Positions 20,178 through 28,483 of a DNA stretch of 53,941 nt are shown in pieces. The notes below the pieces were generated by a model. That model saw only the letters and a list, made by a program, of their open reading frames with translations. It had not been told where the DNA came from and made no database searches. The position numbers and the translations under genes are program-made. The stretch spans positions 1 through 53,941 of the forward strand of contig DASVPM010000314.1 in the NCBI GenBank assembly GCA_036382815.1, given 5' to 3'. Numbering within the stretch: the first letter of the stretch is position 1; each line of letters opens with the position of its first letter. Source of the DNA: Allosphingosinicella sp. (GTDB lineage: Bacteria; Pseudomonadota; Alphaproteobacteria; Sphingomonadales; Sphingomonadaceae).

Positions 20178-22673
20178 CTACGGAGCCCCGCACTTATTCT
20201 GGTCCACGACGGCGCTGGCAATACGTACGCCGGAAACGGCGAGGGTCAGGCGGCCGCCGGTCGTGATCGCGAACGGGGTCCGGATCGCTTTCGGGTCGAG
20301 GCCGGCGCGGGCGAAGCAGCGCAGAGGCACGACGAGCGTCCGCCATTCGCCCGCCGCCGCCGCCCGCAGCGGGCCGGCGAGCGGCACCGTCCCCCCGCAA
20401 TGGTCGCCGCAGGCCATCCACAGCGACACGTCTCCGGTCGGGGGCGCCTCGACCCGATAGTCGAAGATCAGGCTGAGCTCGCCCGTCGCCTCGCGCGAGA
20501 GATCGAGCGGGGCGGCGGGCACGATCGACACGGTGCCCTCCCCGCCCCCGGGCCAGGCGAAGCGCCGGGCATCCTCCTGCGCGATCCGGTCGATGGCGGC
20601 GACGGCCGGTGCGGGGAGCCCGTCGGGCGCCGCCGCCTCCCACCGCCAGCCCTGCGGAAGAGCGCCGCGGGCGAAGAGCACGCCCTCCGGCAAATCCTCG
20701 CCCGCGGGCCGGTCCTCGGACAGCGGCGCAAGGTCGCCGGGCCGGCCGTAGGAGAGCCCGTAGCCGTAGGCGAAAAGCGGGTCGTAATCGGAATCGCCGC
20801 GGTTCAGAGGCGTCTGATCGGGCCGTTTCGGCCAGGAATAAGACAGCTTCCCCTGGAAATCGTGGCGGACTCGGCCGGCCGCGTCCCTGAACAGGACGTC
20901 GGCGATCCCGCCGCCTTCGCCGCCCGGGAGCCACGCCGCGACGAAGGCGTCCGACGCGTTGATCTCCGGGTTCACCCAGAGGGGTCGCCCGGAGAGGAAG
21001 ACCGAGACGACCGGGATGCCGGCCTGCTTCAGGCGCCGGAGCAGCTCCAGGTCCTTCTTGTCCGCGGGACTGTATTCGACGCTTCGCCGGTCGCCGACAA
21101 ACTCGGCATAGGGCTCCTCGCCGAAGACGACGATCGCCACGTCGGGCTTCGCCGTGTAGCGCCCTTCAACGCTCAGGGTCGCCCGTCCCCCCGCCGCTCC
21201 TACCGCTTCCCGGATCCCCGCATAGACCGACTGAGCGTTCGGGAAATCGGCGTTGGTGAGGCCGCTCCCCTGCCAGGTGATCGTCCAGCCGCCGGCCTGC
21301 TTCGATATATTGTCGGCGCCGTCGCCGGCGACCAAAACGCTGGCGCTCGGCGAGAGCGGCAAAAGACCTCCCCCGTTCTTGAGCAGCACCAAAGACTTGC
21401 GGACGGCCTCCCGCGCCACGGCCCGGTGCTCGCGGGAGCCGAGCAGGCCGAACCGACCGGCGAGCGGACGCGCGGACGGCTTCGGCTTGTCGAACAGGCC
21501 GGCGCGAAGCTTGACCCGAAGGATCCGCCGGACCGCGTCGTCCAGCCGCCCGATCGGGATCTCGCCGGATCGCGCCTGGGCGAGCGTGTTCTCATAGAGC
21601 CCCTTCCAGCTGTCCGGGGCCATGAACATGTCGAGCCCGGCGTTGATCGAGGCGGGGCAGGAGACATTGGTGCAGCCCGGCACCTGGCCGTGCGCGTTCC
21701 AGTCGCCGACGAGGAGCCCGTCGAAGCCCATTTCGGACTTGAGCGCGCCGGTGAGCAGGTCGCGGTCGCCGTGCACCTTCTCGCCGCGGACCGACGAGAA
21801 GCTCGCCATCACCGCCTGAACCCCCGCCTCGATGGCGGGCGCATAGCCGGCGCCGTGGATGTCGCGAAGCTGCTTGGGCGAGGAGGGATTGTCGCCCTGG
21901 TCCTTGCCGCCCGCGGTGCCGCCGTCGCCGGCGAAATGCTTGGCGGTGGCGATCACCCTGCCCGCTCCCATGAACGCGTCCGTGCCCGGCGTCCCCTGCA
22001 GGCCCTCGATCATCTTGCCGGCATAGGCGCGGACGATCTCGGGGTCCTCCGAGAAGCCCTCGTAGGTCCGGCCCCAGCGGTCGTCGCGGACGACGGCGAG
22101 GGTCGGCGAGAAGTCCCAGTCGAGTCCGGTCGCGACCATCTCGCGGGCCGTGACCTCGCCGATCCGGCGGACGAGCTCCGGGTCGCGCATCGCGCCGAGC
22201 CCGATATTCTGCGGGAAGATGGTCGCGCCGACCACATTGGCATGCCCATGGACTGCATCGATCCCCCACATCAGCGGGATGTTCCCGCCGTTCCAGTCGG
22301 CGGAGCGCGACGCTTCCCAGAACCGGTCGGCGAGCTTCAGCCACTCGGCTGCCGGAGCGGTCTCCTTGCCGCCCGGCGAGCTGTTGCCGCCGGCGAGGAT
22401 GGACCCGAACTTGTAGCGGCGCACGTCTTCGGGCGTGATGCTGGAGATGTCAGGCTGGATGATCTGCGCGACCTTCTCCTCGAGGCTCATGTCACGAAGC
22501 ACGGCATCTATCCGCGCCTCGGCCGCCGGGTCGCGCGCGACCCGGCTCTTGACCGCGGGCCAGCGGGCGTCGTCGACCATTGCGCTCCTGGTCGTGCCGC
22601 ACGCGCCGAGGGTGAGCAGCGTCGCGACGGATGCCGCCGCGAGCATTGGCGCTGATCTTGATGCAAAGGCCAT
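20178..22673 (-). CDS. GH3 exo-1,3/1,4-beta-glucan glucohydrolase-type lipoprotein with C-terminal ExoP-like beta-sandwich domain
   Basis: GIDAVHGH, RDDRWGRTYEG, TAKHF, VGDWNAH and GEEPYAE motifs. Lipobox LGAC. Confidence 0.9.
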   Translation of the reverse strand: MAFASRSAPMLAAASVATLLTLGACGTTRSAMVDDARWPAVKSRVARDPAAEARIDAVLRDMSLEEKVAQIIQPDISSITPEDVRRYKFGSILAGGNSSPGGKETAPAAEWLKLADRFWEASRSADWNGGNIPLMWGIDAVHGHANVVGATIFPQNIGLGAMRDPELVRRIGEVTAREMVATGLDWDFSPTLAVVRDDRWGRTYEGFSEDPEIVRAYAGKMIEGLQGTPGTDAFMGAGRVIATAKHFAGDGGTAGGKDQGDNPSSPKQLRDIHGAGYAPAIEAGVQAVMASFSSVRGEKVHGDRDLLTGALKSEMGFDGLLVGDWNAHGQVPGCTNVSCPASINAGLDMFMAPDSWKGLYENTLAQARSGEIPIGRLDDAVRRILRVKLRAGLFDKPKPSARPLAGRFGLLGSREHRAVAREAVRKSLVLLKNGGGLLPLSPSASVLVAGDGADNISKQAGGWTITWQGSGLTNADFPNAQSVYAGIREAVGAAGGRATLSVEGRYTAKPDVAIVVFGEEPYAEFVGDRRSVEYSPADKKDLELLRRLKQAGIPVVSVFLSGRPLWVNPEINASDAFVAAWLPGGEGGGIADVLFRDAAGRVRHDFQGKLSYSWPKRPDQTPLNRGDSDYDPLFAYGYGLSYGRPGDLAPLSEDRPAGEDLPEGVLFARGALPQGWRWEAAAPDGLPAPAVAAIDRIAQEDARRFAWPGGGEGTVSIVPAAPLDLSREATGELSLIFDYRVEAPPTGDVSLWMACGDHCGGTVPLAGPLRAAAAGEWRTLVVPLRCFARAGLDPKAIRTPFAITTGGRLTLAVSGVRIASAVVDQNKCGAP

Positions 22674-22722
22674 TCGAACCGCCTCCCCGGGCCTTTCATC
22701 GGGCCTTGGGGCGGCAGCTAAA

Positions 22723-22736
22723 TGATAACGCTATCA
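22723..22736. promoter_or_regulatory. LacI/XylR-type operator TGATAACGCTATCA
   Basis: Near-palindrome (ATGATAACGCTATCAT) 50 bp upstream of the GH3 start. Confidence 0.8.
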
Positions 22737-22790
22737 TCAGGCAAGAGCGACGCGTGCGAAAGGTGCCGGAAGGACCGGTGGACGAGCCGG

Positions 22791-24236
22791 TCAGCGGCTT
22801 GCCGCGAGCCGGTCCCCGCCGGGCTGCGGCGCACCCCATCCCCCGCCGAGGGCTCGGATCAGGCCGATGGTGGCGACGTAGCGGGCGATATTGACCTGCA
22901 CCGCGGTCCGGCGGTGCTCGAGAATGACCCGAAGCCCGTCGACATAATCGAGCTGGCTGATCAGTCCGTTGGCGTAGCGGGCCTGGAGCATCGTTGCCAG
23001 CACCTCGTCGTCGTCGGCGATTCCGCGCAGCGTCTCGGCCCGGTCGCGCAGGATCCGGACGGCGCTGAGCTGACTGTCGACGTCGCGAAGCGCCGTCAGC
23101 AGCTGGGTGCAGTACTCGGCGGAAGCGAGCGACAGGTCGGCACGCGCGGAACGCACCCTGGCCTTGTGACGGCCGCCGTCGAGCCCGGGGATGGAGAATA
23201 GGAAGCCGAGCCCGAAATTCTGGGTAGCCGAGCTCAGCAGGCTGCCGAGAGAGGGTGAGGCAAATCCCTGGGCCCCGGTGAGGCTGAGGCTGGGCAGCCA
23301 TGACACCTTGGCGGCTCCGACCCGGGCCCGGGCGGCTTCGACGCTGCGCAGCCCGGCCGAAATGTCGGGGCGCCGGGCGATGACGGCGCTCGGGATATCC
23401 GGCGGGATGATCGGGGGCGTTCCGAGCTTTCCGGGAATGACGATATCCGACGGCGCCTCGCCCATCAGCAAGGCGAGACCGGCGACCAGCTCGGCCCGCC
23501 TGCGGTCCAGATCCTCGACGTCGGAACGGATCGTGGCGACCTCGGCGCGGGCCCGGTTGACCGCCAGCGTCGCTGCCAAGCCATTGCGTTCGCGACCCTC
23601 GAGCATCTTCAAGGTCGCGGCTTGATCCTTCGCGGCCTTGCCCAGCACTGCGCGCTCCTCGTCGAGCGCGCAGATTTCAAAATAGGTCTGGACCGTGTCG
23701 GCCTCGACGAGCAACCGCGCATGGCGAAGCAAGTCGGCGCTTGCCGCGGCGTCGAGGCGAGCCGCTCTCTTCGCCTTCGACAGCCTGCCGAGCAGATCGA
23801 TCTCGTAGCTCAGGCTGGCCGACGGATAGAAGAGTCGGCCGCCCTGCCCGGCCTCGTTTATCAGCGGACCGGTGCGCTGCGATGCGCCGCCGCCGCCGCC
23901 GACCTGAGGCATTCGGGCGGCCGCGGCGCCGCGAAGCAAGGCGCGAGACTTTTCGAGCCGCGCGGCGGCTTCATAGATGCTGCCATTGCTCTTGCGGGCC
24001 TTCTCGACGAATCCGTCGAGCACGGGATCGTTGAAGATTTTCCACCAGGCCTCGTCGGCGAGGCTCGCGGCCGGCACGGTCGCGGCGGGATAGCGCTCGG
24101 CTGCATTGAAACGCTCGGGGACGACGGGCTTGGCGAGGTCGGTCGAACGGGGCTTTGCCGCTTGCAGCGGACTCAGTCCCGCCAGGAGCAGGAGCAGCCC
24201 GAACCCTCGATATACTGTCCTCGAACTCCGAACCAT
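22791..24236 (-). CDS. Outer membrane efflux factor (NodT/TolC family)
   Basis: WWKIFNDPVLDGFV, SYEIDLLGRL, PSAVIARRPDI and LIRALGGGW motifs. N-terminal signal peptide without a lipobox Cys. Confidence 0.9.
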   Translation of the reverse strand: MVRSSRTVYRGFGLLLLLAGLSPLQAAKPRSTDLAKPVVPERFNAAERYPAATVPAASLADEAWWKIFNDPVLDGFVEKARKSNGSIYEAAARLEKSRALLRGAAAARMPQVGGGGGASQRTGPLINEAGQGGRLFYPSASLSYEIDLLGRLSKAKRAARLDAAASADLLRHARLLVEADTVQTYFEICALDEERAVLGKAAKDQAATLKMLEGRERNGLAATLAVNRARAEVATIRSDVEDLDRRRAELVAGLALLMGEAPSDIVIPGKLGTPPIIPPDIPSAVIARRPDISAGLRSVEAARARVGAAKVSWLPSLSLTGAQGFASPSLGSLLSSATQNFGLGFLFSIPGLDGGRHKARVRSARADLSLASAEYCTQLLTALRDVDSQLSAVRILRDRAETLRGIADDDEVLATMLQARYANGLISQLDYVDGLRVILEHRRTAVQVNIARYVATIGLIRALGGGWGAPQPGGDRLAASR

Positions 24237-24279
24237 TATGCCACGTTATTCTTCACGAACTGACGGAAGTCTGAATAGT

Positions 24280-24309
24280 ATAGCCACCCAGCCGAAGCCG
24301 GATGGCTAT
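24280..24309 (-). other. RNA stem-loop with C(UUCG)G tetraloop between precursor A3 and the outer-membrane factor gene
   Basis: Minus strand ATAGCCATCCGGC-TTCG-GCTGGGTGGCTAT; the G-U pairs form only on the minus strand. Confidence 0.7.
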
Positions 24310-24364
24310 GCTCTACCGATGGCGTTTGATTGCGCGAGCAACCTGACGCCATCCGACCTACGGC

Positions 24365-24478
24365 TTAAAGGGCGTAGGTGGTCGTGCCGCTGCAACGCGG
24401 CGTCGGCGCGCAACGGGTCGTCGGCGCGCAGCGATCGGTCCTCAACAGACCGGCGCGAAGGTTGGTTTTGATTTTCAT
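24365..24478 (-). CDS. Putative RiPP precursor A3 (37 aa): MKIKTNLRAG-LLRTDRCAPTTRCAPTPRCSGTTTYAL
   Basis: Translated by hand; RBS GGGAGGAAG. Paralog of A1/A2; below the ORF-track length cutoff. Confidence 0.85.
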   Translation of the reverse strand: MKIKTNLRAGLLRTDRCAPTTRCAPTPRCSGTTTYAL

Positions 24479-24518
24479 GTTGGCTTCCTCCCATGATTTT
24501 GCGCACGAGTGCGCAGTA

Positions 24519-24548
24519 TTCGGCCGACCCCAGGCGGGGCCGGCCGAA
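24519..24548 (-). other. RNA stem-loop downstream of precursor A2
   Basis: Minus strand TTCGGCCGGCCCC-GCCT-GGGGTCGGCCGAA, a 13-bp stem with one G-U pair. Confidence 0.7.
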
Positions 24549-24562
24549 ACTTTTTCTACGAC

Positions 24563-24700
24563 TTAGTAGGCGTAGACGGTGCTGCCGCTGCAACGGGGCG
24601 CCGGGGCGCAACGATCGGTCGGCGGGGGCGCACAACGGTCCGTCGGAGCGCAACGGTCATAGATGGCGCGGCCGGCGCGGATGTTGGTCCTGATTTTCAT
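24563..24700 (-). CDS. Putative RiPP precursor A2 (45 aa): MKIRTNIRAG-RAIYDRCAPTDRCAPPPTDRCAPAPRCSGSTVYAY
   Basis: Translated by hand; RBS GAGGAAG; 41/45 identical to A1. Confidence 0.87.
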   Translation of the reverse strand: MKIRTNIRAGRAIYDRCAPTDRCAPPPTDRCAPAPRCSGSTVYAY

Positions 24701-24742
24701 GTTAGCTTCCTCTTCATGGTTTGCGCTTGAGTGCGCGGTATC

Positions 24743-24766
24743 CGGCCGACCCCGAAGGATCAGCCG
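24743..24766 (-). other. RNA stem-loop with C(UUCG)G tetraloop downstream of precursor A1
   Basis: Minus strand CGGCTGATCC-TTCG-GGGTCGGCCG, a 10-bp stem with two G-U pairs. Confidence 0.7.
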
Positions 24767-24782
24767 AAACTTTATCTACGGC

Positions 24783-24920
24783 TTAAAGGGCGTAGACCGT
24801 GCCGCCGCTGCAACGGGGCTGCGGGGCGCAACGGTCCGTCGGCGGGGGAGCGCAACGGTCCGTCGGAGCGCAGCGATCGTAATAGGCACGACCGGCGCGA
24901 ATGTTGGTCCTGATTTTCAT
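24783..24920 (-). CDS. Putative RiPP precursor A1 (45 aa): MKIRTNIRAG-RAYYDRCAPTDRCAPPPTDRCAPQPRCSGGTVYAL
   Basis: C-terminal part of tracked ORF 24783..25004. ATG 24920 with RBS GGAAGGAAG, 34 bp after the stop of the 642-aa gene. Confidence 0.87.
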   Translation of the reverse strand: MKIRTNIRAGRAYYDRCAPTDRCAPPPTDRCAPQPRCSGGTVYAL

Positions 24921-24954
24921 GTTACTTCCTTCCACGTTTTGCGCATGACACGCG

Positions 24955-26883
24955 TTATCCCAAGGACGGTACGTCCAACGGAATCTCTCTCGGGGCCGCC
25001 GCAATCTCCCTCACCCCATCGGTAATGATGACGTCGTCCACCGTGATGTCGATCGTGATGCCCATGACCCGCGCAACGTCGTCGGCCAGGAACGGCACCT
25101 CTTGTCTTTCGTGTTTGGAGTCGACGGTCTTGTCGAGGCCGGAATATTTGGCCAGATCGCGACAACTGAACGCCTGCTTGGGCTGTTCCCGCCCGAGATG
25201 GGCGTTGATCTGGAACTGGGTCTCGAGCGTCGTCCGGGTGGCAACCTGGACGAAGCTGATGAACCGGCCCAGCCACTCCGCCAATTCGGCAAAGAGCGGC
25301 TCCCCGTCGGGAAGGTCGTGGAACGTGCGGGCGAAGGCCGCCCTCAGCTGCTCCATCGTCTCTTCCGGAAGCCGCGGCAGGTTTTCATATTTTTCTTCCA
25401 GCGTCGGGGACGGGAAGCTGCCCGTCAGCCCGAAGCTGCATTTCTGGTACATTTCGTTGTAGGCGATCAGCCGGCTCTTCCGAAGCGCGTCGGATTTGAG
25501 CCAGCCTGCATCCTTGATGCGTTCGTGGAGCCGCTCGCAGCGCTCCCGCATCTTAGCCAGGCTCGGCGAGTCTGACTTGTCCCACGCCAGCAAGATTTCC
25601 CTAAACTGGGCATGACCGGCCGTCTGGGTCGGAAACAGCGAGAAGACCGAGCCGAAGATCTTCAGGCCCATCAAACCGTAGTCGACCGCCGCGGGGATGT
25701 CGTCGAGGGCGGCCTGAACCTCGGGATCGATCTTGTCGGGCCAGCCGCCCTTGGGGTCGGCCCGGTCGAGGATGACGGCGGTGAAATCGTCGACCATGGC
25801 CGGCGGCCCGGCGCAGACGCCCTGCGCCGTGTGGAACGAATAATTGCGCTCGGCATATTGGTGCGCTTCGAAGCCGGTCATCGGAGTCGTGCCTGACCGG
25901 GTCGGCTCTCCGAACGGGACGAACAGCATGTGATGCATCAGCATGCGGAGGCCGTCGGTAAGGCGGAAGGCGGACGAAAGCGCCGGGTGAAGCTTGCCGT
26001 TCTCGACGCGCCCTTCCACTTTCATCACCTGATAGGTCGGAAGCGCCAGGACGCAGACCGTCATCCGCTCGATGTGGCCGACCGTCCAGCCGCTCTCGTC
26101 GACCTCGGGGAAACGCGACCGATATTCGTCGCTGACCCGCCGGATGATCAACATCATGTTGCGCCACTGATTGCGCATGATCCGGAGCGCGGTGACGTTC
26201 ATCGGAAGATCGGGCTGATAGCGCGTCCCCGAATAGGTACAGGTCCGCCACAAGGTCGGGCGATCGAGTCGCATCGCCGGCGGGAACACGTTGGCCTCGC
26301 CGACCTGGCGGTCGTCCTGATCGAGATACATGTGCGCAACCCGGAAGACCGGGACGACGATCTCCAGATAGCCGAGCTCGAGCGGCCTGCCGGAGATCTG
26401 GGTCATGATCTCTTCGCAATCGTCCCACGTCCTGGCGACGCCGGTCTTCGCGGGCATCAGGAGCGTCTCGCGCTCCTCGTGGCGCAGGGCGGCCGGAACG
26501 TCGCCCACCTCGTCGGCATATTTGAGAACTTCGGCCTCGATGAGATCCTCGAGCATCTGCCGAACCTTGGGCCAGTCGTAGTCGCCCCATTGCAGAGCGT
26601 CGCCGGCCCGGAAACGCGATTGCTTGATCAGCGTCTCGCCGAAAGAATAGAAAGCGGGATCGTCGAAGGCGATTTCCTTGTCGCGGTAGTATACCCGCAG
26701 CTCCCGCGGAGTCTGCTCGTCTTCCCAATATTGGGAGAACGCGCCTTTCGACATCGGAAAGAGTAGTTCGTCGTCTTGGTGCAACGCGCGAACGTTACTA
26801 ATGCCATCCTCATCGGAAGAGTCGTCAACAAACGTTGTATCTGCGGAACTCGGTGCCGAAGCTTCATTGGAAAGCGTAGACAT
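24955..26883 (-). CDS. Uncharacterised 642-aa protein; candidate RiPP maturase with an N-terminal RRE/winged-helix-like domain
   Basis: Long ORF with protein-like composition, directly upstream of the precursors. The N-terminal strands-then-helices pattern ends WPKVRQMLEDLIEAEVL. No known enzyme motif was recognised. The CDS is solid; the function is inferred. Confidence 0.75.
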   Translation of the reverse strand: MSTLSNEASAPSSADTTFVDDSSDEDGISNVRALHQDDELLFPMSKGAFSQYWEDEQTPRELRVYYRDKEIAFDDPAFYSFGETLIKQSRFRAGDALQWGDYDWPKVRQMLEDLIEAEVLKYADEVGDVPAALRHEERETLLMPAKTGVARTWDDCEEIMTQISGRPLELGYLEIVVPVFRVAHMYLDQDDRQVGEANVFPPAMRLDRPTLWRTCTYSGTRYQPDLPMNVTALRIMRNQWRNMMLIIRRVSDEYRSRFPEVDESGWTVGHIERMTVCVLALPTYQVMKVEGRVENGKLHPALSSAFRLTDGLRMLMHHMLFVPFGEPTRSGTTPMTGFEAHQYAERNYSFHTAQGVCAGPPAMVDDFTAVILDRADPKGGWPDKIDPEVQAALDDIPAAVDYGLMGLKIFGSVFSLFPTQTAGHAQFREILLAWDKSDSPSLAKMRERCERLHERIKDAGWLKSDALRKSRLIAYNEMYQKCSFGLTGSFPSPTLEEKYENLPRLPEETMEQLRAAFARTFHDLPDGEPLFAELAEWLGRFISFVQVATRTTLETQFQINAHLGREQPKQAFSCRDLAKYSGLDKTVDSKHERQEVPFLADDVARVMGITIDITVDDVIITDGVREIAAAPREIPLDVPSLG

Positions 26884-27070
26884 ACGTCGACAATACTCCG
26901 TCGAGGCTACGAGCGGGAAAAATCGCTCTCCCGTCGATCCCTGGGCCGGAGAGACTCAGGCGGGCTGAATCCGCTCCGACACTTGAGACGATAGGCCCCG
27001 ACCGGACCAACTCAAGCTGAATTAATTCGCACTTCGGATGTATCCGTGGAAACGCTAAGTTGCCTGTAGG

Positions 27071-27084
27071 AGAAACCGGTTTCT
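27071..27084. promoter_or_regulatory. Perfect 14-bp palindrome AGAAACCGGTTTCT in the divergent promoter region of the RiPP cluster
   Basis: Seen directly, near the middle of the AT-richer 421-bp intergenic region. Confidence 0.45.
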
Positions 27085-27304
27085 TGATGAAAAAGTACCA
27101 GTTTTGGACCAATAATGACGGTAGTTCTACGCGCCCTCTGGCAACTCAACCAATCCGGTTCACTAACATCGAAAGCGGCGACGCGGCGACGGGCTTGCCG
27201 ACGTGCTTCGATTGTGAAAGGTCTTCCAATTCGCTGCTCCGGGAGCGGGCCGCGGCGTTGCGCCGAACGGAATCAGGTGCTTAAGGGGGCTCGGGGAGAG
27301 CGAG

Positions 27305-28483
27305 TTGACGATTCAGTTTTCCAAGACGACCCAATCCCTGGCGCTCGACTCCCCGCGAATCGTCATGATCTCCCTGGCGCTCGCCGGGCTGGCCCTCGTC
27401 GTCTGGCTTGCGTGGTTCGGGTTCGGTAACGTCACCGTCTACGAGGTGTCCCGTCAAGCCCGGCTCCAGGTGGGCAGCGCGCCGCGCGAAATCTCCTCCC
27501 TGCTTTCCGGGCGCCTCACCCGGGCGCCGATCGTCATCGGACAGAGGGTCCAGGCCGGCGACGTCCTGATCGAGCTGGATTCGACCCGCCAGCAGCTTCG
27601 CCTCGCCGAAGCCCAGGCGCGTCTCCCCCTCTATCCCGCGAAGCTCGCGTCGCTCAGAAAGGAGATCGCTTATCTCGGCCGGGTGATGGCGAACGAGCAG
27701 CGGTCCACGCAGGCCGCCGTCCGCGCGGCCAGCGCCCGTCTGCAGGGCGCCAATGCGGCGTCTAGGTTCGCGAACGACAGCGCGGCCCGGATCCGGAGCG
27801 ATGCGGCGACCGGCGGGTCGGCTACCGTCGACGCGGTCCGCGCCGCCGCCGACGCCCGCAAGGCCGATTCCGAGCGGGATATTTCGGCCGCCGATCTGGC
27901 CAGGCTCGGAGTCGATGCGAGCGTCGCCGCCGACCAGACCCGGGTCCAGATGGAGAGGCTGACCCGCGACCTTCTGGCGACCCAGGCCGAGGCGGCGTCG
28001 ACTCGCGAGTTGATCGAGCAGCTTCGCCTCGAGGTGGCCAATCACCAGATCCGCGCGCCCGTCTCCGGCGTCGTCGGTGAGATGCGGGCGCTCAGCGCCG
28101 GCGCCTACGTCGCGCCGGGACAGAAATTGGCGACGATCATTCCCCAAGGCGACCTGCTGATCGTCGCCGACTTCGACCCGACCACCGCGCTCGGCCGTAT
28201 CCGGCCGGGGCAGACCGCGCGGTTCCGGCTCGAAGGATTTCCCTGGGTCCAGTTCGGGACCATCGAGGCCACGGCGGTCCGGGTCGCCGGCGAGATCAGG
28301 GACCAGTCGCTACGCGCCGAGTTCCGGATCAGGAGGGACGCGACCCGCGGGCTGGTTCTGCGCCACGGCCTTGCCGGCCGCGTCGAAGTCAGGGTCGAGA
28401 CGGTATCGCCCGCCAAGCTGCTGCTGAGATCGGCGGGAGGAATGACGGAGGGGCCGAAGCCCCGGGCCGGCGCCGCCCGATGA
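27305..28483 (+). CDS. HlyD-family membrane fusion/secretion protein
   Basis: One N-terminal TM segment, GQRVQAGDVLIELD, a coiled-coil, IRAPVSGVV, and a FPWVQFGTI beta-barrel part. TTG start with RBS GGGGAG. Confidence 0.9.
   Translation: MTIQFSKTTQSLALDSPRIVMISLALAGLALVVWLAWFGFGNVTVYEVSRQARLQVGSAPREISSLLSGRLTRAPIVIGQRVQAGDVLIELDSTRQQLRLAEAQARLPLYPAKLASLRKEIAYLGRVMANEQRSTQAAVRAASARLQGANAASRFANDSAARIRSDAATGGSATVDAVRAAADARKADSERDISAADLARLGVDASVAADQTRVQMERLTRDLLATQAEAASTRELIEQLRLEVANHQIRAPVSGVVGEMRALSAGAYVAPGQKLATIIPQGDLLIVADFDPTTALGRIRPGQTARFRLEGFPWVQFGTIEATAVRVAGEIRDQSLRAEFRIRRDATRGLVLRHGLAGRVEVRVETVSPAKLLLRSAGGMTEGPKPRAGAAR

Larger units (their letters stand above)
24365..24930 (-). repeat. 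Three imperfect tandem units of about 220 bp (RBS + precursor gene + hairpin)
   Basis: Start codons at 24920, 24700 and 24478. Shared TGATTTTCATGTT at the starts and shared CCGAAACTTT-TCTACG-CTTA in the two internal spacers. Confidence 0.85.

Noticed and set aside
24365-24930. Tandem repeats read as a CRISPR array or non-coding VNTR
   Set aside because: The units are about 220 bp, coding, each with RBS, ATG and stop. There is no constant repeat/unique spacer pattern and no cas gene.
24365-26883. Assignment to a known RiPP class (lanthipeptide, ranthi/sactipeptide, LAP, graspetide, methanobactin)
   Set aside because: No LanB/C/M, radical SAM CxxxCxxC, YcaO, ATP-grasp or DUF692 motifs were recognised in orf642 or its neighbours. 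The resemblance to MbnA is only superficial.
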